From the NCBI GenBank assembly GCA_050331235.1, contig JBHJHA010000075.1, positions 1 through 37,057 of the forward strand: a stretch of 37,057 bases of DNA. The letters are read 5' to 3'. Origin of the DNA: Leptolyngbyaceae cyanobacterium (GTDB lineage Bacteria; Cyanobacteriota; Cyanobacteriia; Phormidesmidales; Phormidesmidaceae). This document shows positions 20,216 to 29,083 of this stretch, piece by piece. The translations under genes were made by a program, and so were the position numbers. Below the pieces are notes generated by a model, which was not told the DNA's origin, searched no databases, and saw only the letters and a list, made by a program, of their open reading frames with translations. How positions within the stretch are numbered: position 1 is the first letter of the stretch; every line of letters begins with the position of its first letter.

Positions 20216-20527
20216 ATGACCGGCACCGAATTACATGAACTCATCGTGTCGAAATGGGGTTACTCATTTGACGTTCAATTTCGACGGCTACAAAATCAAG
20301 TTTTCTTCCAAATCATGTGGCGATATTTAGAGCAGGCGTCTTTCCCGTTATCAGAAGCTGAGTATTTCGCCCACCTTGACGACATCGCGACCTATCTAGT
20401 CGGCTGGGGACAAGCTGAGCATATCCGCCAAGTCATTATCAGTACTCGAGAGCGGCCACGCCTAGGCAAAGCTGTCAGCATCCCCCTAGATCTCGGCCAG
20501 CGTAGCTCTGAGTGGCTGCTCGATTGA
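20216..20527 (+). CDS. DUF3067-family conserved cyanobacterial protein
   Basis: KWGYSFDVQF, QIMWRYLEQASFPLSEAEY and RERPRLGKAVSIPLDLG; divergent from petC as often seen. Confidence 0.85.
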   Translation: MTGTELHELIVSKWGYSFDVQFRRLQNQVFFQIMWRYLEQASFPLSEAEYFAHLDDIATYLVGWGQAEHIRQVIISTRERPRLGKAVSIPLDLGQRSSEWLLD

Positions 20528-20830
20528 CCCGATAGCCAGCTAGCCGCCCCGTCTATAGAATCCACTTTTGCAAAATCGGTTGCTTTGGGACATTGACCTG
20601 CGCGATCTCCAAGGCCCCACTGATACACCCGCAAAGCCTAAGTAGATATACGCAATTTTTACACTGATGACTTTCTTCATGAAATCCCCAGCAAGATTGC
20701 TTCAAATTGTTTGGGCAAGCAAAAAGATTTATTAATCTAACCCTTAGATGGATACGGGTGATTACTTAGTAGGAATCACAAACGAGAGTGCTAGCATGAC
20801 CATGATGATTTGGGATTTTGGGGGTTTGCC

Positions 20831-21823
20831 GTGATTCGTTCTGCTACGTTGCCAATCCAGACGACACTGCCCACCCTGAGCGACAACAGTCGACTCAAGC
20901 TATTTTCAGGGTCGGCCAATGTAACCCTTTCTCGAGAGGTTGCTCGTTATCTGGGAATTGACTTAGGGCCTATGGTGCGCAAGCGGTTTGCCGATGGTGA
21001 ACTCTACGTGCAAATTCAAGAGTCAATTCGAGGTTGCGACGTTTACTTGGTGCAACCAACCTGCCACCCGGTCAATGACAACCTGATGGAACTGTTAATC
21101 ATGATTGATGCTTGCCGACGAGCATCAGCTCGCCAGATTACCGCAGTCATTCCCTATTACGGTTACGCTCGTGCCGATCGCAAAACGGCCGGTCGAGAGT
21201 CTATCACCGCTAAGCTCGTAGCCAATTTGATCACTCAAGCAGGGGCTAATCGGGTGTTGGCGATGGACCTACACTCCGCTCAGATCCAAGGATATTTTGA
21301 TATTCCCTGTGATCATGTGTACGGCTCGCCAACCATCATTGACTATCTAGCTAGCAAGCAAATCGAGGATTTGGTGATAGTCTCGCCAGACGTCGGTGGG
21401 GTCGCCCGGGCACGAGCCTTTGCCAAAAAACTGAACGATGCTCCTCTGGCCATCATTGACAAGCGCCGCCAAGCTCATAATGTCGCTGAGGTTATGAACT
21501 TAATTGGCGATGTCAAAGGCAAAACAGCGGTCTTGGTAGACGACATGATCGACACAGCCGGCACGATTTGTGAGGGAGGCCGTTTGCTGCGCCGCGAAGG
21601 GGCAGAGCAAGTATATGCATGTGCCACTCATCCCGTCTTTTCCCCGCCAGCTTCAGAGCGACTCTCCGGCGGCATCTTTGAAGAAGTGATTGTCACCAAC
21701 ACCATTCCAATTTCGGATGAGAGGCGCTTTAAGCAGCTCACCACCTTGTCAGTAGCCAACCTCTTAGGAGAGGCAATCTGGCGTATCCACGAGGAAAGTT
21801 CAGTCAGCAGTATGTTTCGCTAA
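20831..21823 (+). CDS. prs: Ribose-phosphate pyrophosphokinase
   Basis: FADGELYVQIQESIRG, YYGYARADRK, DLHSAQIQGYF and VLVDDMIDTAGT; GTG start at 20831 inferred. Confidence 0.97.
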   Translation: MIRSATLPIQTTLPTLSDNSRLKLFSGSANVTLSREVARYLGIDLGPMVRKRFADGELYVQIQESIRGCDVYLVQPTCHPVNDNLMELLIMIDACRRASARQITAVIPYYGYARADRKTAGRESITAKLVANLITQAGANRVLAMDLHSAQIQGYFDIPCDHVYGSPTIIDYLASKQIEDLVIVSPDVGGVARARAFAKKLNDAPLAIIDKRRQAHNVAEVMNLIGDVKGKTAVLVDDMIDTAGTICEGGRLLRREGAEQVYACATHPVFSPPASERLSGGIFEEVIVTNTIPISDERRFKQLTTLSVANLLGEAIWRIHEESSVSSMFR

Positions 21824-21868
21824 ATTACCAGTCAACTACAACACTGCAATTCGCCTGTTGACATCCCC

Positions 21869-21898
21869 AAAACCTTCATGGTCATCATGGAGGTTTTT
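21869..21898 (+). terminator. Hairpin/terminator downstream of prs
   Basis: AAAACCTTCATG-GTCAT-CATGGAGGTTTTT inverted repeat. Confidence 0.6.
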
Positions 21899-21917
21899 GA
21901 GTGCTCTGGTCGAAACG

Positions 21918-21958
21918 AAAAATCCCCTCAACGCCTGATCGCTGTTGAGGGGATTTTT
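21918..21958. terminator. Bidirectional intrinsic terminator between convergent prs and rpsD
   Basis: Perfect 15-bp inverted repeat AAAAATCCCCTCAAC ... GTTGAGGGGATTTTT with A/T tracts on both sides. Confidence 0.85.
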
Positions 21959-21990
21959 GTAAAAAAAGCATCCAGCAACTGTTGGCAGGT

Positions 21991-22599
21991 CTAAGCCTTC
22001 CGTGAGTAATACTCAACCACTAACAGTTCATTCACATTCAACGCTATCCACTCACGGTCAATCACACCGTTGACTTTAGCCGTGAGCTTATCCTTGTCAA
22101 GCTCCAAATGGGTGGGAACGTTGGCCAAGCCAGGAAACTCCAGGTTAGCTGTCACCATTTTCTTAGAAGCGTCGCGATCGCGAACGGCGATGACATCACC
22201 CGGGCGACATTGATAACTAGCAATATCTAAAACGCCACCATTGACCGTAATATGGCCATGGTTAACGATCTGGCGGGCCGCCGGAATCGTTGGCGCAAAT
22301 CCCAATCGAAACACGGTGTTGTCGAGGCGCATTTCCAACAGCTGCAAAATCACCAAACCGGTGGATCCGCCGGCTCGGCGCGCCTTTTTCACATAGCGAA
22401 TCAACTGCTTTTCACTAACACCATAGTTAAAGCGCAGCTTTTGCTTTTCTTCTAGACGAATCGCATATTCTGTCTTTTTCTTGCGGCCTTGACCATGTTG
22501 TCCAGGTGGATAGGCCTTCCGAGGTGCTTTGCGCGAAAGTCCGGGCAATTCCCCTAATCGCCGGACCACACGGAGCCGAGGCCCTCTGTAGCGTGACAT
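21991..22599 (-). CDS. rpsD: 30S ribosomal protein S4
   Basis: [35 protein letters not shown] and [14 protein letters not shown] at 22599. Confidence 0.99.
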   Translation of the reverse strand: MSRYRGPRLRVVRRLGELPGLSRKAPRKAYPPGQHGQGRKKKTEYAIRLEEKQKLRFNYGVSEKQLIRYVKKARRAGGSTGLVILQLLEMRLDNTVFRLGFAPTIPAARQIVNHGHITVNGGVLDIASYQCRPGDVIAVRDRDASKKMVTANLEFPGLANVPTHLELDKDKLTAKVNGVIDREWIALNVNELLVVEYYSRKA

Positions 22600-22725
22600 A
22601 CCGTTTTCTCCAGAACTATAGATGTCATAAAGTTGCCACCCCCGCATCTAGGGATTGCGTAAACAGGACCAAGGGTTGGTGGCGCCTCCCTTAGCCAAAA
22701 AACTGTGCCAGCGCGACTATCTTAT

Positions 22726-23028
22726 CTACCAACTAGACTTGACAACGCCTGGCAAAAGACCTTTGTGAGCCATTTCACGCAGTTGGTTACGGCATAACCC
22801 AAAGTCACGGTAGTAACCCCGAGGGCGTCCGGTTTTCCAGCAGCGGTTACGTAGACGAGTTTTAGAACTAGCACGAGGCAACTGCTGAATTTTGCGATGA
22901 ACCGCAAACTTTTCACCGGGGCCATTGGCGTTGTCAAACTCTTCCATCAAGGCCGCACGCTTTTCAGCATATTTAGCCACTAGCTTTTCACGTTTGCGCT
23001 CGCGCGCAATCATGCCTTTCTTAGCCAT
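22726..23028 (-). CDS. rpsN: 30S ribosomal protein S14 (long 100-aa form)
   Basis: [24 protein letters not shown] and [11 protein letters not shown]. Confidence 0.99.
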   Translation of the reverse strand: MAKKGMIARERKREKLVAKYAEKRAALMEEFDNANGPGEKFAVHRKIQQLPRASSKTRLRNRCWKTGRPRGYYRDFGLCRNQLREMAHKGLLPGVVKSSW

Positions 23029-23121
23029 GAAATCTTGATTGCTTAGTTATTTTCGACACGGTCTATAATGATAGCCTGAATATGCTTAATTCGTAAAGTC
23101 TAGTTTGTCAGTCGGAACCAT

Positions 23122-23343
23122 TTAAGGATCTAACTGCTCTCGATAAAAGCTTTCCAATAGATTTTCCAGCTTTTCATCGGGGGTGCAGTCCAGCAAACCG
23201 TTCAGCACATCAATCAAACGGGCAGCCGTCTCACCTAGGGTCGGGCTTAAGGCCCAAATGTCTTGAACCCAGTCCTCGGCGGTGCCATCGGTAAAAACAA
23301 GTCGCTCTAGTAATTGCTTCGTTTCTTCAGAAGAGAGAGCCAT
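23122..23343 (-). CDS. Small acidic hypothetical protein
   Basis: 73-aa ORF with ATG and protein-like helical composition, co-oriented with its neighbours and filling the intergenic gap. Confidence 0.7.
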   Translation of the reverse strand: MALSSEETKQLLERLVFTDGTAEDWVQDIWALSPTLGETAARLIDVLNGLLDCTPDEKLENLLESFYREQLDP

Positions 23344-23437
23344 AGCGTCAAAGAAGTAAATGTGAAATTGAGAAAGGCGATCGCGCCCTGGTGGGTCAAG
23401 CCAGCTGGTCGCGACTTAAAGACAGGTGATTCAATCC

Positions 23438-24613
23438 TCAGACCGTCCCTTGAATAAAGCGATGGATACACTGTACTGCCGTCTCTAAAACTTCTGGCGT
23501 TTGCACTAGGGCAATACGTACATAGCCTTCGCCATGTTTACCAAAGCCTCGACCGGGAGCTAACGCTACGCCAGTGGACTCAACGAGCTGCACACAAAAG
23601 TGAATCGAGTCTTGATTCCACGGTTTGGGCAGTTTAATCCAAAGATATTGAGTCGCCTCCGGTTTCGGAATCTCCCAGCCAACCCTAGCCATGGCTGCAA
23701 CAAACGCATCGCGTCGCTGGCGGAAGGTGTTGACCGTTTCAGCAACGCCCGTCTGAGATCCCGATAGCGCTGCCATCGCCCCGCGAACAATACCGGGATA
23801 TTGATTGAAGTCGACCACGGCCTTAATCTGTCTCAATGCGGCAATCAGCTCAGCGTTACCGATGGCGTAGCCGATGCGAAACCCGCCCATGTTATAGGAC
23901 TTGGACATGGAATAAAACTCAATAGACACCGTTTTGTCGCGATCGGCTTGCAGAACCGACGGGGCAGGCTCACCAGTGTAGGTCACATCCCCGTAGGGAA
24001 AGTCGTGAACCAAAACCAAATTATTGGCTTGGCAAAAGGCCACCGCCTCTTGCCAGAATTCTGAAGGCGCGTAACCAGTCGTAGGATTATGCGGGTAACT
24101 CAGCACCATCATGCGCGATTGCGCCAATACGGCGGCTGGAATTTCATCAAACTGGGGGAGAAATCCATGCTCTGCTAACAGGGGCATTGTGTAGAATTGC
24201 CCACTCGCCAGATGCACACCACCCGCATGGGACGGATAGCCCGGGTCCGTCAGCAAGGCAAAATCACCGGGGTTCAAAATCGCTAACGGCAAATGGGCGG
24301 TACCCTCTTGGGAACCGATCAGCAACAAAACTTCTGTCTCAGGGTCAACGGGCACGCCAAATTTACGGGTGTACCAGTCAGCCACGGTTTGGCGAAACGG
24401 CAGCGTACTTTGGAAGAGTGAGTAGCCGTGGGTACGAGTGTCGTAGAGAGCGTCGGCAATGGTATCTAAAACATTGGTCGCCGTGGGCAAATCTGAGGAC
24501 CCAAGAGACAGATCAATGATGGTTTGACCGGCTTGCCGTGCCCGCGCTTTGGCCCGATCCATATCGGCAAAAACATTAGCTTGTAAAGGAGCAAGGCGAT
24601 CGGCAAACTGCAT
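23438..24613 (-). CDS. Class I/II PLP-dependent aminotransferase (family often annotated LL-diaminopimelate aminotransferase)
   Basis: IDLSLGSSD, GSQEGTAH, YPHNPT, VHDFPY, SMSKSYNMGGFRIG and GEGYVRIAL. The substrate cannot be determined from sequence. Confidence 0.88.
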   Translation of the reverse strand: MQFADRLAPLQANVFADMDRAKARARQAGQTIIDLSLGSSDLPTATNVLDTIADALYDTRTHGYSLFQSTLPFRQTVADWYTRKFGVPVDPETEVLLLIGSQEGTAHLPLAILNPGDFALLTDPGYPSHAGGVHLASGQFYTMPLLAEHGFLPQFDEIPAAVLAQSRMMVLSYPHNPTTGYAPSEFWQEAVAFCQANNLVLVHDFPYGDVTYTGEPAPSVLQADRDKTVSIEFYSMSKSYNMGGFRIGYAIGNAELIAALRQIKAVVDFNQYPGIVRGAMAALSGSQTGVAETVNTFRQRRDAFVAAMARVGWEIPKPEATQYLWIKLPKPWNQDSIHFCVQLVESTGVALAPGRGFGKHGEGYVRIALVQTPEVLETAVQCIHRFIQGTV

Positions 24614-24678
24614 AGGGCGACCTATCAAATAGCTGCAGTTTTCACCTTATCGCAGGTTGCAAAATATCATGGCTAGCT

Positions 24679-24694
24679 CGTGACCCCCTTCACA
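24679..24694 (-). promoter_or_regulatory. Candidate CRP-family binding site upstream of the aminotransferase
   Basis: Minus strand aaatTGTGA-AGGGGG-TCACG, one mismatch to TGTGA-N6-TCACA, about 65 nt upstream of ATG 24613. Confidence 0.35.
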
Positions 24695-24756
24695 ATTTGG
24701 GGCTGCAAAGCGTCACCCCATCGCTAAACGCAAATTCTGAGATCCCAACCAAACCC

Positions 24757-24790
24757 AAAACCGCCCTGGGGCGATCGCTCCAGGACGGTT
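24757..24790 (-). terminator. Intrinsic terminator of vipp1, centred on a HIP1 octamer
   Basis: Minus strand AACCGTCCTGGAGC-GATC-GCCCCAGGGCGGTTTT, about 22 nt after the stop. Confidence 0.65.
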
Positions 24791-24812
24791 ATCTCGACCA
24801 AAGTTTGTATCG

Positions 24813-25583
24813 CTACAGATTGTCGAGCTGAGTCTTGAGTTCCTCAAGTTCAGCATCGACTTCAGCATCCTTGGGCGCAGCGACCGGCTCATCCGCAGCC
24901 GGAAGCTGTCCTTGGTCGGTCGAGCCCCCTGATAGTTGGGCTTTCATCGCTGCCAGTTCATCATCTACATCGCTACCGGCCTCTAGCGCGGCAAACTGGC
25001 TCTCTAGATCAGACCCGGCAAGTTCTTGAGCAGCTTGGGACTTGGCCTCCATCATCAAGACCTTTTCCTCCATACGCTCAAAAGCACCCATGGCACTGCT
25101 GGTGGTCATAGACGTCATAGTACTTTGTAGTTGCTCGTTGGCCTTGGCGGCACTCACCCGAGCCTTGAGCATATCTTTTTTAGTCTTGGCTTCAGAGATT
25201 TTGCTCTCCAGCCCAATGAGATTCTTTTTGAGCTGGTCGACTTGGGTGCCTTGGGCATCTAACTGCGCTTTGAGGGCGGTTGCCGTCTCTGTGTGAGACT
25301 TTTTACGCGTCAGCGCTTCCCGAGCCAGGTTTTCGTCGCCTTTTTGGAGCGCCAGTTGAGCGCGCTGTTGCCAAGTGTTCGCTTCTGACTGAGCTCGCTC
25401 ATACTGCTGCTGCACGCGCTTTTGAGACGCGATCGCCTTGGCCACGGCCTGACGCATCTGCACCAGGTCTTCCTGCATATCAATGATGGCCTGATCCAAG
25501 ATCTTTTCGGGATCTTCAGCATTGCTGACGGCAGCATTTAGGTTTGAGCGGACAACGCGACTAACTCGATCGAACAACCCCAT
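24813..25583 (-). CDS. vipp1: PspA/IM30 family protein Vipp1
   Basis: MGLFDRVSRVVRSNLN, AEDPEKILDQ, AFERMEEKV and a C-terminal extra helix (VDAELEELKTQL) characteristic of Vipp1/IM30. Confidence 0.9.
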   Translation of the reverse strand: MGLFDRVSRVVRSNLNAAVSNAEDPEKILDQAIIDMQEDLVQMRQAVAKAIASQKRVQQQYERAQSEANTWQQRAQLALQKGDENLAREALTRKKSHTETATALKAQLDAQGTQVDQLKKNLIGLESKISEAKTKKDMLKARVSAAKANEQLQSTMTSMTTSSAMGAFERMEEKVLMMEAKSQAAQELAGSDLESQFAALEAGSDVDDELAAMKAQLSGGSTDQGQLPAADEPVAAPKDAEVDAELEELKTQLDNL

Positions 25584-25859
25584 GATTCTGTAATTCCTTC
25601 CAATTAGTTTTTACCGGGAGGCACCTCCCAAAATGCCCCCATACGTGCTCAACCAGAGTTTTTCAGGACACAATCCCAAAATCGAACCTGATCGCAGCAG
25701 CTCTGAGACAAGTGACAGACAACAGGGTGGTTGCCTGCTCTAGTCTTAGCACATCGCTTCCCATAACCGAGGCGGATAGCTCACCTATTCACAGTGGCAT
25801 AGGCAGCTCAAGCGCAAAGTCTTTTTGCTATGAAAATTTAACTTCAGAGGTAGGAGGCT

Positions 25860-26141
25860 CTATTCCTGAGGCAGATCGTCTAAATTTGCCGCGTCCCATT
25901 TCAAAACGGAGGCATTGACGCCCTCCTCCTGTTTGCGTTTGGCGTCGGCTTCAAACCACTGAATGATTTGCTGAGGCGTGAGCTCCGCCATCGGGACTTC
26001 GAGCTCTTTAGCAATGACCTTGAGGAGCTTACTTGTCGAGATGGTCAACCGCGTCAAAAACTTTTCCGGTGATGTCAACAGCGCTTTGTCAACCTCGGCG
26101 GACTCATCGGGGGTGAGAAACTGTACAGATTGATCGAGCAT
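25860..26141 (-). CDS. Hypothetical protein (about 93 aa)
   Basis: Protein-like ORF QFLTPDESAEVDKALLTSPEKFLTRLTIS...QIIQWFE; ATG at 26141. Confidence 0.75.
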   Translation of the reverse strand: MLDQSVQFLTPDESAEVDKALLTSPEKFLTRLTISTSKLLKVIAKELEVPMAELTPQQIIQWFEADAKRKQEEGVNASVLKWDAANLDDLPQE

Positions 26142-26243
26142 AGCAGGGGAATGGTTGAACAATAGGGGTCAAAGTTAGGCGGGGGCAACAAGCGGGCGCC
26201 TCCGACCGCAACCTTACTTTCAGAATACTGAGGAATTTGGGGA

Positions 26244-27665
26244 CTATTTGGCCTGTGAGGTGCGGCGTCCCCACCAGGCACCAATGAGATAGCCACACAC
26301 ACAGAGCAGCAGCCCATAAACGTTGACGCCGAAGTCAACGGCATATTTGCCTCCACCCAAGCTCAGCCAAGCAGGAAAGAGGGTGACGCTCAGGGCACTT
26401 TCCACCACGCGGAAAACGCCAATCATCAAGCCGGGCCAAAAGGCCAGATGAAAACTCAAAGCCCCGGCACCGGGCACAAACGCCAGCAGGAAAATAGGAG
26501 CCAGCCCCATTACCATGGTGCCGCTGATGGTGGTCGCAGTGATAATCGCAGGGCCAAGCTGATCACCTAGATAAATACTCAGAAGGGGCACATTGCCCAG
26601 TAGTGAGATCGCCACAATCCACCTCCGGCCGATATACGCCTGACTCTCAGTCGGCATCCCTTTGCGGTTATCCCAGTCGCGGGCCCCCAGCTTGGCCACA
26701 CTCGAAAACGTGGAGTCGAGGGTTGACCCGGCGCTGGTCAACATAATGGCGTTGAACACTAGCAACATTGGTAGGCCAAACAGGGCCGGCACCGTATAGC
26801 TGGGGGCTCCCTCAACGCCGAAAGCCCGAGCATATAAGCCAACCGTACTGAACAGTAAAATAAAGCCGCCGCTGATGAACCCAGCCCAAAAGAACGCCTT
26901 GACCATAGTGCGCGGCCCGGTGATAAAGGCGCGATCGGTCATCACTGGATCATGAAAGGGGTAGCTAAAAATTTGCACAAAGGCCAGCCCACAAAAGGTT
27001 AGCCCCGCCACGCGAGTATCAGCATCTACCGCTGGCAACCCTTGGGTGACTAAGCCCGGCCCTAAAGCAATTAAGATCACCACCAGTAGCACCGCCGCCA
27101 GCAGCATCTGTGCTCCGTCGGTGAGTAAGCTGCTGCGCAGTCCGCCCAGCAGACTATAAAAGACCGTAAACACGGTTACGACGATCGCCGCCAACCAATA
27201 GCCCCCGCTGCCCTCAGCCCCAAAATAAAGGGAAAACACTTTGGTATTGGACCAAACCTCATTGAGTAGGCGAATGGCGATCGCGATCAGAAACAGTCGA
27301 GAACACACCAAACCATATTTGCTCACTAGGAATTCTGGGATGGAGCGATAGCCACCCCGAGTGCGAATGAAGTAGAGGGCGATCGCCGCCGTAACAAAGC
27401 TCAGATAGTAAATGCCGTAGCCAATGCCTCCAAGCAGGCCAAAGGCATTGCCAAGACTGGCCGCATTGTCGATAGACTTGGCAAAAATCCAGGAGATCGC
27501 AGCACTGGCAACCAACAACCAAAAACCGGGAGCTTCGCCCGATTGCGATTGCCCTTCAAAAAACTCTGGCGCTGTGACCCGCCGGGGAGTCGTTTGGCGT
27601 ACGAGATAAAAGATCAAGCTGCCGTATCCGGCTAAAAGCGCCCAGGTGAGGGTAGTGATGAACAT
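26244..27665 (-). CDS. Sodium:solute symporter (SSS)-like transporter
   Basis: About 13 hydrophobic segments; SWIFAKS, IPEFLVSKYG, YSLLGGLRSSLLTD and SAGSTLDS resemble SSS motifs. Confidence 0.85.
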   Translation of the reverse strand: MFITTLTWALLAGYGSLIFYLVRQTTPRRVTAPEFFEGQSQSGEAPGFWLLVASAAISWIFAKSIDNAASLGNAFGLLGGIGYGIYYLSFVTAAIALYFIRTRGGYRSIPEFLVSKYGLVCSRLFLIAIAIRLLNEVWSNTKVFSLYFGAEGSGGYWLAAIVVTVFTVFYSLLGGLRSSLLTDGAQMLLAAVLLVVILIALGPGLVTQGLPAVDADTRVAGLTFCGLAFVQIFSYPFHDPVMTDRAFITGPRTMVKAFFWAGFISGGFILLFSTVGLYARAFGVEGAPSYTVPALFGLPMLLVFNAIMLTSAGSTLDSTFSSVAKLGARDWDNRKGMPTESQAYIGRRWIVAISLLGNVPLLSIYLGDQLGPAIITATTISGTMVMGLAPIFLLAFVPGAGALSFHLAFWPGLMIGVFRVVESALSVTLFPAWLSLGGGKYAVDFGVNVYGLLLCVCGYLIGAWWGRRTSQAK

Positions 27666-27675
27666 AAGCTGGTCG

Positions 27676-28572
27676 TTAAAGGGAAAACAGGAACAAAAAC
27701 ACTAACAGCAGGATGGCTGAAGTCACCACCGTGCCGGCTATCCAGGTCGATAGCGATAGGAACCGTGATTGAACCGAACGCTCCGCATCGGGCAAATTTT
27801 CTGCGCAGGTAGTCCAAACGTTGGTGAGGGGCGATGCTTGAAACTCAGCCGGCAGCCCTGCCGCCGTCATGGTCGCCACCACAGGCTGGGAATCATGGGT
27901 CAGAGGCCTCATCTGAGGTACAGGTTGAGCCGCCTGTCCCGGAAAGGTCAATTGCGTCCAATCCCCCCCCTCATGGGCTGGATGTCCAAAGACTCCAACA
28001 TTGCACCAACAAACAGGATCGCCCCAGCGCAGCCACGGTCGCCCCATATGGGTCACCAAGGTGCCATCAACCTCCGTCTCTTGCAGGCAATCCGTAATCC
28101 CCTGATCGGTCGTATCGGATTCCCAGGCACATTCGTTTACCTGGCGAGGGCTACCATGGCCAAGCAAAAGCCGGCGATCGCCCCAGTGCCAACGGATGAT
28201 TTGCGGCCAAGACTGCAGCCATGCACGGTGAGCCAGGGCCGTGTGAGCATATATGTCGTCATCGCTAATTTGAGCACATCTGCGATCGCGGGGACCGGTA
28301 TAACCACCGCCGCGGTCACGCTCCCCGTTGCCAATGGCCTGATCAGAATCCCCCTGCAGGCAGACTACCTGAGCTTGCTGGAGTTGCTCAGTTGTAAGAT
28401 CTGGCCACAGCCCACAGCCCCTCCTATCGCTGAGAAAGAAGCGATAGGGAACATCCACCGTGGCTGCGAGCAAAGCTGCTACCCCGCCAAAGTTGCTGTT
28501 AAAGCTCCTACAGAGTGCGATGCGATCGCAGGCTGACGGTCTTTCAAATTCAAGAATTTCCAACGATTTCAC
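27676..28572 (-). CDS. Calcineurin-like metallophosphoesterase homolog with degenerate motifs (possible decaying gene)
   Basis: Motif order is recognisable (RIALC..SN, FFLSD, CLQGDSD, LLGHGSP, LVTHMG, CNVGVFG), but the canonical GD, GN and H-T-G positions are altered. Confidence 0.6.
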   Translation of the reverse strand: MKSLEILEFERPSACDRIALCRSFNSNFGGVAALLAATVDVPYRFFLSDRRGCGLWPDLTTEQLQQAQVVCLQGDSDQAIGNGERDRGGGYTGPRDRRCAQISDDDIYAHTALAHRAWLQSWPQIIRWHWGDRRLLLGHGSPRQVNECAWESDTTDQGITDCLQETEVDGTLVTHMGRPWLRWGDPVCWCNVGVFGHPAHEGGDWTQLTFPGQAAQPVPQMRPLTHDSQPVVATMTAAGLPAEFQASPLTNVWTTCAENLPDAERSVQSRFLSLSTWIAGTVVTSAILLLVFLFLFSL

Positions 28573-29083
28573 AACTGACTAATCCACAAGATTGAAATCA
28601 CGCCTCAGGACTCCCAGAGCCAAAAATCGCGAGACAGGCTAAATCAAAGATTCCACGGCCTGCCTACGTCAAGGGAAAAGGATGCTCTCCGCGCTGCACC
28701 GCTACAGCTCGAGAGCTTAGCCCTGATTTACTGCGCCCTCTGGAGTAACACCCTGCCAGACCAGGCTGAATATTCTCTGAGAATATGGTCAAAGATAATT
28801 GAAAATAATGCGTGGGTGCATCTCTTTGAAATCGGTCAATTGGCTGAACAGCGGATCTTTCTGAGCTGGAAGTTAGTCACTGTCGCGTCTGCTAGTCGGT
28901 AACCTAAGCCACCAGCCGCCCTTGCTAAATCTGGCGACCGCAACCTTCAAACTGCAATACCCAGCGGCGCAACCGTCTCATCGACAGCCGTTAGGATGAC
29001 ATATCGCCTACAGCCATCTCCGGGCTGCAGATGATAGATATTGACAGGGTGCTGATCGGCTATCGTTTTATTCACAGGCATCT

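Noticed and set aside
20785..20794. CIRCE-like half site GAGTGCTAG upstream of prs (and ATAGCACTC near 3092)
   Set aside because: Only single half-sites; the TTAGCACTC-N9-GAGTGCTAA pair is absent.
27769..28536. 255-aa plus-strand ORF
   Set aside because: Antisense shadow of the phosphoesterase-like ORF; Arg/Pro-rich with no motifs.
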